Shown: positions 16,522 to 24,053 of the stretch, in pieces
Layout: every line of letters starts with the position of its first letter
Numbering within the stretch: position 1 is the stretch's first letter
Virus record (IMG/VR): IMGVR_UViG_3300010052_000007
Location: 1-30,886 of that record
DNA: 30,886 nucleotides
Reading direction: 5' to 3' (one strand)
From: a virus
Taxonomy: Duplodnaviria > Caudoviricetes
The notes under the pieces: generated by a model
The model's database searches: none
What the model saw: the letters and a program-made list of their open reading frames with translations, nothing else
Told to the model about the DNA's origin: nothing
Program-made: the position numbers and the translations under genes

Positions 16522-17890
16522 CGCGGCGCACCTGGTCCGCGACGGCGGCGGTGATCGGGTCGAGGAGCTGCCGCTGGCGCTTCTCGGCCCAGTCCTTCAC
16601 GTCGTCCCCGTCGGCGTTGAAGTACCGCTCCCAGGCGACCTCTTCGGGCATCCCGGCGCTGATGGCGACCTTGGCGGCGTTGGCCTGCTCGGTGTCGGTG
16701 ACGAACTCCGGGTTGCGCCACTCGGTGCTCATCCGGTTCATGTTGGGCACCGACTTTCCGGCGGCCTTGAGCACGAGCCGGTTGACGTCCTCCCACGAGT
16801 CGTCCTCTTCGGCCATCCGGTCGCGAGTGCGCGACACCTCGGAGGACTGGGCGAGCTTGAGACCGTCGGCGGCGACGTTGACGAGCTTGCCCATGATCGA
16901 GTCCGCCGAAGTCGGCACCAGCACGGCGCAGTCGATGACGTCGTCACGGACGGCGTCGAGCATCTGCTTGATGTCCTCGGCCTGGAGCTGGCCGTACTTG
17001 CCCTCGGGGTTCTCGTTGACGAACATCCGGTTCACGGCCTTGACGAAGCCCTCGACGGGCTCCTTGGTGACCGGGTCGCGGGGGATCTTGAGGCCGGTGG
17101 CCCACATGGCCTTGAACGCGCCCTGGTCCTGCATCGCCATCCGGTCCAGCAGCGACTTGTTGAGCCGCTTCTGCGCAGGCAGCGCCCGGTGCCACTCCGG
17201 CACGGGAGCGTCGAGCATCCGGGACCGGTTGGGGAACGGCACCAGTGCGACCTCGCCCAGCGAGTTCGTGCCCGTCCCCTTCTCCTGCAGCTCCCAGGAC
17301 GGCTTCATCGACAGCGCCGAGCGGGCTTGAGTGGCGTAGACCCGGGTCTTGGCGGCGTAGGTGAACACTCCTTCGCTGCCGAGGTCGAGGAACGCCATGA
17401 TGAGCGGCCCGCCGACGGCGGTCTCGTCGAGCCACACCTTCAGACCGGCGGCTCGGGCGCGGCTGCTCCCGGGCGCGTACTCGACGATGCACTGCTCGGG
17501 GTGCTCCGGCGTCATCTTCGGAACGCCGGAGTTGGGGTCGACCATCACGTATGCCTCCGAGAGCGAGTGCTTCTCGTGACGCACGAGCCGGGAGCCGCGG
17601 TCGAAGTTGTTGGCCTGCCAGACGTCCCAGATGTCGTCATTCGGCTTGCCGTCGACCTTGAACCCGGCGATCCGCATCCGCGCCAGCGGGGCATCCGAGA
17701 CGACGCCGAGCATGTTGAGCCCGACCGTTTCCAGGAGGCGCTGGAACAGCTCCTCGGCGTCCGCGTAGCCCTGCGGCGCGGGGTGGGCGCCGGTGTACCA
17801 GGCGTTCCACGTCTTGATGGTCGGCTGACGCTCGCGCAGCTTCTTGTACAGCCGGTCGAGCCACCAGTCGGGAGTCCCGGTATCAGCCAT
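16502..17890 (-). CDS. Portal protein (SPP1 gp6-like), 462 aa
   Basis: WYTGAHP, IWDVWQANNFD, VPFPNR and EWRNPE motifs; follows terminase; GGGAGG RBS. Confidence 0.93.
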   Translation of the reverse strand: MADTGTPDWWLDRLYKKLRERQPTIKTWNAWYTGAHPAPQGYADAEELFQRLLETVGLNMLGVVSDAPLARMRIAGFKVDGKPNDDIWDVWQANNFDRGSRLVRHEKHSLSEAYVMVDPNSGVPKMTPEHPEQCIVEYAPGSSRARAAGLKVWLDETAVGGPLIMAFLDLGSEGVFTYAAKTRVYATQARSALSMKPSWELQEKGTGTNSLGEVALVPFPNRSRMLDAPVPEWHRALPAQKRLNKSLLDRMAMQDQGAFKAMWATGLKIPRDPVTKEPVEGFVKAVNRMFVNENPEGKYGQLQAEDIKQMLDAVRDDVIDCAVLVPTSADSIMGKLVNVAADGLKLAQSSEVSRTRDRMAEEDDSWEDVNRLVLKAAGKSVPNMNRMSTEWRNPEFVTDTEQANAAKVAISAGMPEEVAWERYFNADGDDVKDWAEKRQRQLLDPITAAVADQVRRDAADRN

Positions 17891-17914
17891 CGGTCCTCCC
17901 TTCGGGTTCGAGGT

Positions 17915-18535
17915 TCAGTACGAGATGGAGGCGTAGTCGGGCTCGACGATCCAGCCCGCGGCACGCTGGTCGGCTGCGGCCTCGTGGCAGATCACGGTCG
18001 TCACGGCGGCGTCGATCTTCTGGTGGTGGGCCGGCTTGCCGAGGGTGTAGGTGCGGCCGGTGCGGGCGATGATCTTGCGGGCGTTGCGCATGTGCGCCTC
18101 GGTGATCGGGCAGCCGTCGTGGGTGATCCACTGCAAGTCGGCCTCGAAGCGCCGGATCGCGGGATACATCCGCTGAGCCGAGGTCGTCGGGAATGTCACG
18201 AACCGCGGCGAGCCGTCCGCGTGCGGCCACTCGGTGGCCCACTCCTCGATCTCGGTCTCATAGGAGGTCTCGTCGTGGAACCCGGGGTCGCAGTAGGCGC
18301 GCAGCAGGTCGTAGGTGTCGACGATCTCGGCCCAGGCCGCATGGATCTGGCCGCGGGGGATCTTGTTGTCCCAGTCGCGGGGGTTCCAGATCGTCGGGAG
18401 CCGGTCTGGCCCGTAGCGGGGGGTGAAGATGTAGCCCTCGCGGGTCTCGAGCTTGATCGCGGTCCAGTCGTCGTTCTCCGAGCCGTCGAACCCGCCACAC
18501 ACGGCGGTGCCCTCAGGCGGCGGCGGCAACCACAT
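17915..18535 (-). CDS. Terminase large subunit, nuclease domain, 206 aa
   Basis: ATG 18535 with GAGG RBS; VCGGFDGSENDDWTAI, YCDP and HMRNAR...KIDAAV RNase-H-like terminase motifs. Confidence 0.9.
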   Translation of the reverse strand: MWLPPPPEGTAVCGGFDGSENDDWTAIKLETREGYIFTPRYGPDRLPTIWNPRDWDNKIPRGQIHAAWAEIVDTYDLLRAYCDPGFHDETSYETEIEEWATEWPHADGSPRFVTFPTTSAQRMYPAIRRFEADLQWITHDGCPITEAHMRNARKIIARTGRTYTLGKPAHHQKIDAAVTTVICHEAAADQRAAGWIVEPDYASISY

Positions 18536-19625
18536 CGGCTCGCCTCGCTGTCCATGCCCCGTCCGGCAGCCACGCGCCGCCGCCGGCACGGATGCGGTTG
18601 CCGAAGAACCGCTCGGCCTGCGCCGGGTCGCGCTGGACCAGGGCGAACGCGAGTCCCTCGATGCTGTCGAGGTTCACGTGGTCGGAGCCCTCGTAGACGT
18701 AGGCGTGGATCTTGCGGCGGTTCGCCTTCGTCGAGTACGGCAGCGGCTTGCCGTCCTCGCCCAGCAGGTCCGGGTTGGTGTCGGGGTTGCGGTAGTAGGT
18801 GAACACGTCGGGCAGGTCGGCCTCGTGGGTCAGTTGCGCGAACGACTCCATCGCCGGGTCGTAGCAGTTGGTGGTCTGCTTGCCGCGTCCACCCATGCCC
18901 GCCGCGCCACGCTCCTGGGCGTCGGCGACCTCGATCATCCCGTTCTGCTTGGTGTAGAGCCCCGACTCGTCGTGCAGGTAGTCCGAGATCGGGTTGCCCA
19001 GCCGCGACTTCGCGCTCGAGGACACCATGTCGATTCGATCGGTCTCCGGGTCGGTTCCCTCGGCCGCGATCCGCATGAACTCCCCGCGCGGCAACAGCAG
19101 GTCGGCCAGCGGTGAACCCTGCCGGCGGATCATCGCGTTCAGCGGGCCCCACACGTTGGTCTTGACCTGCTCCTGGCTGTTGGCCGTGAGCTGGATCAGC
19201 GGAGAGGGGTGGCGCACACCCATCGGCTCGCCGACCTCGTACTCGTAGTACCAGCCACACGAGCAGCCGTGGAGATCGCAGCGGTAGACGTCGCCGCGCT
19301 TGGCCCAGCCACCGAACAGCTCCGGGCCGACCGCCGAGACGCATGTCAGGCACGCAGCCCACGGACCCTTGCCCGTCTTCTGTGGCGCCATGACCTGGGT
19401 CAGCCGGTAGACGAACGCCTGGTTCATCGGCGGGTCGTCCGGATCGTAGACCGCGTCCTCGCGCACCCGGTAGTGGTTCGCGGTGCACCAGAACTGCCAG
19501 TCGTACTGCCGGAACGGGCGGCCCCGCTTGAAGCCCTGCGGGATCACACAGTGCTGCTCGATCCACTCATCGACCAGATCGCCCAGCGTGGGGAAGTCGA
19601 TCTTCCCAGGGCCCTCCGACAGCAT
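18513..19625 (-). CDS. Terminase large subunit, ATPase domain, 370 aa
   Basis: Walker A APQKTGKG, Walker B YLHDESG, TTN coupling motif, ERFFGNR end. Confidence 0.92.
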   Translation of the reverse strand: MLSEGPGKIDFPTLGDLVDEWIEQHCVIPQGFKRGRPFRQYDWQFWCTANHYRVREDAVYDPDDPPMNQAFVYRLTQVMAPQKTGKGPWAACLTCVSAVGPELFGGWAKRGDVYRCDLHGCSCGWYYEYEVGEPMGVRHPSPLIQLTANSQEQVKTNVWGPLNAMIRRQGSPLADLLLPRGEFMRIAAEGTDPETDRIDMVSSSAKSRLGNPISDYLHDESGLYTKQNGMIEVADAQERGAAGMGGRGKQTTNCYDPAMESFAQLTHEADLPDVFTYYRNPDTNPDLLGEDGKPLPYSTKANRRKIHAYVYEGSDHVNLDSIEGLAFALVQRDPAQAERFFGNRIRAGGGAWLPDGAWTARRADVVAAAA

Positions 19626-20176
19626 CAGCGCAGCCGCTTCTGCCGGCGCTGGCCGACCTCGTCACCCTCCGCAGGCTCCCGCTGATCCGCGGCGTTCCCG
19701 GCCTTCTCGGCGGCCTTGTCGCCGACCTCGTTGCGGGCGATCGCCCAGCCGTTCTCCTTGAGCCCGGCCGGCGTCATCCCGATCTGGTCGGCGAAGCGGT
19801 GGATCGAGCCCTTGTCGGCCGCGGTCGCCTCCGACGACTCACACACCACGGTGGTGCGGACCCACATCGCGATCGTGTTCCACCGCCACGGCTCCATCGA
19901 CCAGGCGCACGCCTGCGGGTAAGACCACGCCTGCTCCCACAGCTCGACCTCGCGCTCCCGGAACGCCTCGGTCGCCTCGGCGTCGACCACCTGGAACCGG
20001 CGCTTGTCCTCGAACTCCCACCGGTAGACCGTGAACGTCATCAGCGGGAAGTCGGGGACCTCGCCGTCGTAGCCCTCGCTCGGGAGCGCGGTCAGGGTGT
20101 AGCCCTGGCGCTCCGAGGTGCGGCTGTTCGGGTCCTTGCCCGGCCCCGAACGGTTGCGCGCTCCACCCTTCGTCAT
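19625..20176 (-). CDS. Terminase small subunit, 183 aa
   Basis: MTKGGARNRSGP start; LWEQAWSYPQACAW; ADQIGMTPAGL motif; coupled to the TerL ATPase gene. Confidence 0.88.
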   Translation of the reverse strand: MTKGGARNRSGPGKDPNSRTSERQGYTLTALPSEGYDGEVPDFPLMTFTVYRWEFEDKRRFQVVDAEATEAFREREVELWEQAWSYPQACAWSMEPWRWNTIAMWVRTTVVCESSEATAADKGSIHRFADQIGMTPAGLKENGWAIARNEVGDKAAEKAGNAADQREPAEGDEVGQRRQKRLR

Positions 20177-20192
20177 GGTTCCTCAACTCCCT

Positions 20193-20240
20193 CGCAGCCT
20201 CTCGCTGCGTAGGCGACCCGCCGGGCATCTCGCCCAGCGG
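20193..20240 (-). promoter_or_regulatory. Tandem GAGAN pentaloop hairpins in the TerS leader
   Basis: CCGCUGGGC[GAGAU]GCCCGGCGG (20218-20240) and CGCAGC[GAGAG]GCUGCG (20193-20209). Confidence 0.55.
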
Positions 20241-20259
20241 TTGGCGCGGTGGCGCCGAA

Positions 20260-20339
20260 AGCTCTGAACCCCGCGCACCTCCGAGACGCCTGACTTCCGG
20301 TTCTTCCCTCGATCCGGGAAGGGGGTCGGGTGGGGGGTC
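20260..20339. other. Probable cos/packaging region
   Basis: Non-coding gap between HNH and TerS with G/C runs and a CTTCCC/GGGAAG inverted repeat (20303-20321); the usual cos location in HNH-TerS-TerL phages. Confidence 0.45.
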
Positions 20340-20660
20340 TCAGGTCCAACGGCCAGCGGTGGCGAGGTTCCCTGGCGGGCACTCGGGTCCGCGGTAGACG
20401 CTGCGGTCCAGGTCGTCGTGGCCTAGGTGCCAGTTGGCCGGGTCGACGTGGTGCGGCTTGCCTTGTTCGGCACAGCGCCAGCAGATGAACTGCTCGCCTG
20501 CATCCATGCGTCGCTGGTAGTCAGCCCGCAGCCGGTCATGTTGCTTCCCGTAACCCCGGGCCTGACGTGTGCCACGTGCCCGGTCCTTCGCACGTGCGTG
20601 GACTAGGCAGCGGCTGGCCTTGGTGAGCGTCGGGCACCCCGGTTCGAGACAGACCTTCAC
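20340..20660 (-). CDS. HNH-family packaging endonuclease (atypical motif), 106 aa
   Basis: AGGAGG RBS; CLEPGCP..RCLVH, RGYGKQH, CWRC, WHLGHDD, GPE..GN; upstream of TerS. Confidence 0.8.
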   Translation of the reverse strand: MKVCLEPGCPTLTKASRCLVHARAKDRARGTRQARGYGKQHDRLRADYQRRMDAGEQFICWRCAEQGKPHHVDPANWHLGHDDLDRSVYRGPECPPGNLATAGRWT

Positions 20661-20670
20661 GCCGCCTCCT

Positions 20671-20950
20671 CGACCGGGGGAGTCTGCACACGGCGTCCGG
20701 GACGGTGGTCTCGTTGGCCGTGGCGGTTGCTGGCCGCACGTCCTAGGAAGCGGTCAGCAGGTCCAGCCAGTCCCGGGGGACGGCTGGAAGCTAGGGCCCG
20801 CTCGGCTCTGGCACCGGCTTGGAGCCAGGAGCCGAGCGGGTATGACGAGACGGGGTCTCGTGTTTGTGCCTCAACTCAGAGCCCAGACGCTCTCATCGAG
20901 TAGTTGCCCGCCGGGTAGCTGTTGAGCCTGAGACTCAGGCCGTCCGGTCG
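20671..20950. ncRNA. Candidate structured RNA / late-operon leader
   Basis: No credible ORF; stems at 20762-20788, 20797-20840, 20845-20861, 20902-20920 and 20926-20940, plus a 7-bp closing pair 20671-20677/20944-20950. Confidence 0.4.
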
Positions 20951-20972
20951 GGCGCATCGGGTGGGAAATGCG

Positions 20973-21017
20973 CGAACCGGGCGCCTATCCCCAGCACAAG
21001 GGGGGCTACCCGGTTCG
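20973..21017 (-). terminator. Terminator/attenuator-like hairpin downstream of the putative late promoter
   Basis: 9-bp perfect stem CGAACCGGG/CCCGGTTCG followed on the minus strand by CGCATTTCCC (weak U tract). Confidence 0.45.
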
Positions 21018-21053
21018 GTTGGAAGGGACGCTGAGTAGCGCCCAACTGCGACA

Positions 21054-21059
21054 AGCGTA
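21054..21059 (-). promoter_or_regulatory. Putative late promoter -10 element TACGCT
   Basis: TANNNT directly after the stop of the Zn-finger/HTH gene, facing the structural operon. Confidence 0.5.
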
Positions 21060-21064
21060 GCGCA

Positions 21065-21985
21065 TCATCCGGCGTCGGGTGCGACCTCTGCAGCCGCCTC
21101 GGCTTCGGCCTTGGCGACCTCGCTGTCGGTGCGGGTTGGGCCGTTGCGCTTGAGCGCATCGAGGACGTCGCCGAGCCGGAACCGCTTGGGGCCGCTCTCG
21201 ACCTCGCGGAAGACCATGGTGCCGAGGTCGAGGTCGTACACGTGCTCGGTGCGGGTGGCTCGGATGACGGGGATCTGCTTGCGCTCGCCCCACTTGCTGA
21301 TGCGCTTGTGGAGTCGGGCTACGGCCTGTTCGGTGTCGACGAGCGCGACGATCGCGCGGGCGAGGGCCATGGGCTGGGCGACCCAGGCGCGGGCTTCGTC
21401 GAGGACGGTGTCGAGGTGGTCGCGGGCGTAGGTGTTGGCGCCGCAGCCTCGGCACTTGACCCAGGTGAGGCCGGGGATGACGTAGGTGCCTGAGTCGCAC
21501 TGCTTGCAGCCGCCTGCGTACCAGCCGGGGGCGACGTCTTCGGTGAGGTCGCGGAGGGTGCTCTCGTGCTGGGTGACCTTGCGGAGGAAGACGTCGGCCC
21601 AGGTGCTGGCGCTGATGGTGGCGAGGTGTTCGGCGAGGAGTCTGCAGTGGGCTGCGACCTGTTCGGCTTCGGTGTCGGGGTGGTCGACGTCGAGGCCGCG
21701 TTCCTCGGTGAGCCGCTCGACGAGGCGGTTGATGTCGTTGCCGGCCTGCTCGAGGGCGCTCTGGACTCGGTCGGTGCCGGTCGAGAGGGCTTCGCGGTCG
21801 CTGCCGTCGTAGAGGACCCGTGATCCGGGGACGGTGCGGGAGCCGGCGCGGCCGGGACGCCAGCGGGCGAGGTTGCGGAAGTAGACCGGGATGAACTCCA
21901 GGCCCTGTGCTGCCTGCATCTGCGCCAGCTCGCAGAGGACGAGGCCGTTCGAGGTGGTCGCGCCGCAGTGCACGCAGTTGGTCAT
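21065..21985 (-). CDS. Zn-finger/HTH protein, putative late-gene regulator, 306 aa
   Basis: ATG 21985 (MTNCVHCG...LC); YAGGCKQC...VKCRGCG Zn ribbon; C-terminal RISKWGERKQI...RFRLGDVL HTH-like segment; last gene before the packaging module. Confidence 0.75.
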   Translation of the reverse strand: MTNCVHCGATTSNGLVLCELAQMQAAQGLEFIPVYFRNLARWRPGRAGSRTVPGSRVLYDGSDREALSTGTDRVQSALEQAGNDINRLVERLTEERGLDVDHPDTEAEQVAAHCRLLAEHLATISASTWADVFLRKVTQHESTLRDLTEDVAPGWYAGGCKQCDSGTYVIPGLTWVKCRGCGANTYARDHLDTVLDEARAWVAQPMALARAIVALVDTEQAVARLHKRISKWGERKQIPVIRATRTEHVYDLDLGTMVFREVESGPKRFRLGDVLDALKRNGPTRTDSEVAKAEAEAAAEVAPDAG

Positions 21986-22137
21986 CGGGCCCCTTCCTGG
22001 GCGTGGGCGGTGTGGTGGTCGATGGCGAGGGTGTCGACGTCGGGGCGGGTGGGGCGTCGGATGGTCCACCAGCAGGCCGAGCAGGTCGTGAACCAGCCCC
22101 GGGAGTAGCGGCGGACTCGGACGGTCGGGAACTTCAT
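21982..22137 (-). CDS. Small CxxC...HxxxH Zn-finger protein, 51 aa
   Basis: ATG 22137 with GAGGAG RBS; 4-nt overlaps at both ends; CSAC...HHTAH. Confidence 0.7.
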   Translation of the reverse strand: MKFPTVRVRRYSRGWFTTCSACWWTIRRPTRPDVDTLAIDHHTAHAQEGAR

Positions 22138-23546
22138 GCGGTGGGCGTCTCCTCGTTGAGCAACGCGACCAGGCGGTCGGCGCGCGACCGCCACTTGGCG
22201 CGGCCGTGATCGGTGAGTTGGTCGAAGGCGCTGGAGGGGTAGTCGACGGCGAGAAGGGCCTTGGCGAGCCGGTCGGGGTCGGCGTCGGGCCAGCCGCGGC
22301 GTGCGGCCTCGGCTTCGGCCATGGCGACCTCCTCGACGACGGTGAGGGGCGCCGGTTCTACGTGGAGCCGATCTCCCCGGGCGAGGACGGCGCGGACCTG
22401 CTTGATGGCGTCGAGCACGTGCGGGTACGGGACGTGCTCCTTGCTGGGGTCCCAGACGGTGCTGGCTTCGATCCGGTCGAGTTCGGCGCTGACGGCCTCG
22501 GTGAGCGCGAGGAGGTCGTTGGCCGCGCGTTCGCTGAGCCGCTGCTTCTCGGTGGCGAGGGCGTCGAGCTTGGCGACGGCGTCGGCGGCTGTGGCCGTAG
22601 CGAGGTCACGCTCCTGCTCGGCAGCGTGGAGGCGCTGTACGAGGGTCACGCGCTCCTGGACGTGCCCGGTGACGCGGCGGTCGGTGACCTCGTAGGCACG
22701 CTTCCACCCGTCCCGCTCCTGCTCGACCGCGGCGAGCCGCTTGGCGAGGATGCGTTCCGCGACCGGCACCACGGCGCCGATGAGGCTGCCGATGTCCGGC
22801 AGGTCGGGGTGCACCTCGGGCGAGTTGGTGCCGAAGTCGCCGAGTGCGTCGAAGAGCAGCTCGTGCTCTTCCTCGCGCAGCCTGGGCTCCTCGGGACCGG
22901 GCTGCGCGCAGATGGGGCAGGTGCTGGCGTATGCCTCGTAGACGACGTCGTCGCGCGGGGCGGGGTCAGGAGTCTCCGCGGCTGCGGACTGCTCGGCCGC
23001 GGCCTCGAACAGTGCGTGAATGCTGGCCCGCTCGACGTAGCGCAGGTGTTGCGGGCCCTCGTGGTCAGTCCAGCGCCGGCACTCGGTGCAGTAGCGGTTG
23101 ATCCCTCCCGGGCTCCCTCCGCTCCCGGAGCGCTTGTTCAGTGCGGCGAGGAGTTGCTGTCCGCAGGCGTTGCGGATGATCTGGGCGGTGACGCCGTGAT
23201 CGGTGGCGGGCTCGGCGTCGTCGTTGATCCACTCATGGGCGAGGGCGTGCGCGGCCTGTAGCGCCTGGGCGTCACGGAGCCGATCGTCGTTGAGCCGCTC
23301 GAACGCCTGGGCGGTCGCGAACGTCTCGTCGCCGTGGCGCTCCTGCCACTGCTGGCGCTGGTCGTCCAGCAGACCGTCGAGGAACGACCCTGCGCGCGAC
23401 ATCTGTCCGGCGTTCAGGGCCAAGAACGTCTGCGCTGACTCGTAGCAGGTGGGGGAGTCGCCCTCGTGGCAGTAGTGGTCGTCTCCGATGGTGGCGAGGC
23501 CCTTGGTGGGCTGCTTGCACCAGGCGCAGATCGGGGCGGCGGTCAT
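22134..23546 (-). CDS. Mosaic hypothetical protein with several Cys/His clusters and a coiled coil, 470 aa
   Basis: ATG 23546 overlaps the upstream stop; CAWC..HYCH..C, CTEC..H..H and CPIC motifs; long heptad region. Confidence 0.75.
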   Translation of the reverse strand: MTAAPICAWCKQPTKGLATIGDDHYCHEGDSPTCYESAQTFLALNAGQMSRAGSFLDGLLDDQRQQWQERHGDETFATAQAFERLNDDRLRDAQALQAAHALAHEWINDDAEPATDHGVTAQIIRNACGQQLLAALNKRSGSGGSPGGINRYCTECRRWTDHEGPQHLRYVERASIHALFEAAAEQSAAAETPDPAPRDDVVYEAYASTCPICAQPGPEEPRLREEEHELLFDALGDFGTNSPEVHPDLPDIGSLIGAVVPVAERILAKRLAAVEQERDGWKRAYEVTDRRVTGHVQERVTLVQRLHAAEQERDLATATAADAVAKLDALATEKQRLSERAANDLLALTEAVSAELDRIEASTVWDPSKEHVPYPHVLDAIKQVRAVLARGDRLHVEPAPLTVVEEVAMAEAEAARRGWPDADPDRLAKALLAVDYPSSAFDQLTDHGRAKWRSRADRLVALLNEETPTA

Positions 23547-23728
23547 GGGGTGACCCACGACTGAACCTCGACGGCGACGGACACGACGACACTACGGCCG
23601 CAGTCCTCGCACTGGATGAGGTGATGGGTGGCGGCGATCCTGGTGGGGTCAATGTCGAACTCGTGGTCCTCGGAACCGCAGTTCGGGCAGGTGGCGACGA
23701 CCTGGACGCTCTGGACATTGGTGCTCAT
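23543..23728 (-). CDS. Zn-ribbon protein, 61 aa
   Basis: ATG 23728 with GGAGG RBS; CPNCG...CEDCG. Confidence 0.78.
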   Translation of the reverse strand: MSTNVQSVQVVATCPNCGSEDHEFDIDPTRIAATHHLIQCEDCGRSVVVSVAVEVQSWVTP

Positions 23729-24027
23729 CGGCTGGCCTCCCACGGCTGCGGGAGCGGCGGCAGCAGGGCCCCGTCCTCGGCGACTTCCGCGGGGCGTGGC
23801 TCCCGGCTGGGGAGCGTCACGGTGATGGTGGCGGTGTAGGTCAGCTCGCCGGGCGCGTAGAGCGTTGTCGTGTCGAACCGCTGGGCGTTGGCGAGGGCGT
23901 GCTGGGCAACCAGTTCGACGTGGTCGCCGGGCCAGGTCATCCAGGCTCGGATCTGGTCGAGGGCGTTGTCCTCGACCAGGGCACGGGTCCGGCCGGTGGC
24001 GGTGAGGGTGAGACGGCGGTAGTTCAT
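23725..24027 (-). CDS. Hypothetical protein, 100 aa
   Basis: ATG 24027 with AAGGAG RBS (MNYRRLTLTATG...); coupled to the next gene. Confidence 0.75.
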   Translation of the reverse strand: MNYRRLTLTATGRTRALVEDNALDQIRAWMTWPGDHVELVAQHALANAQRFDTTTLYAPGELTYTATITVTLPSREPRPAEVAEDGALLPPLPQPWEASR

Positions 24028-24053
24028 GGGCGCTCCTTGGGGCAGGGGGTGGG

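Noticed and set aside
18513-18589. TerL as a pseudogene or intron/intein-interrupted gene
   Set aside because: No intervening sequence, both halves are intact, and the second has its own RBS and start.
20661-21064. tRNA gene in the non-coding gap
   Set aside because: No cloverleaf with a T-loop GTTCRA and matching acceptor stem found by eye on either strand.
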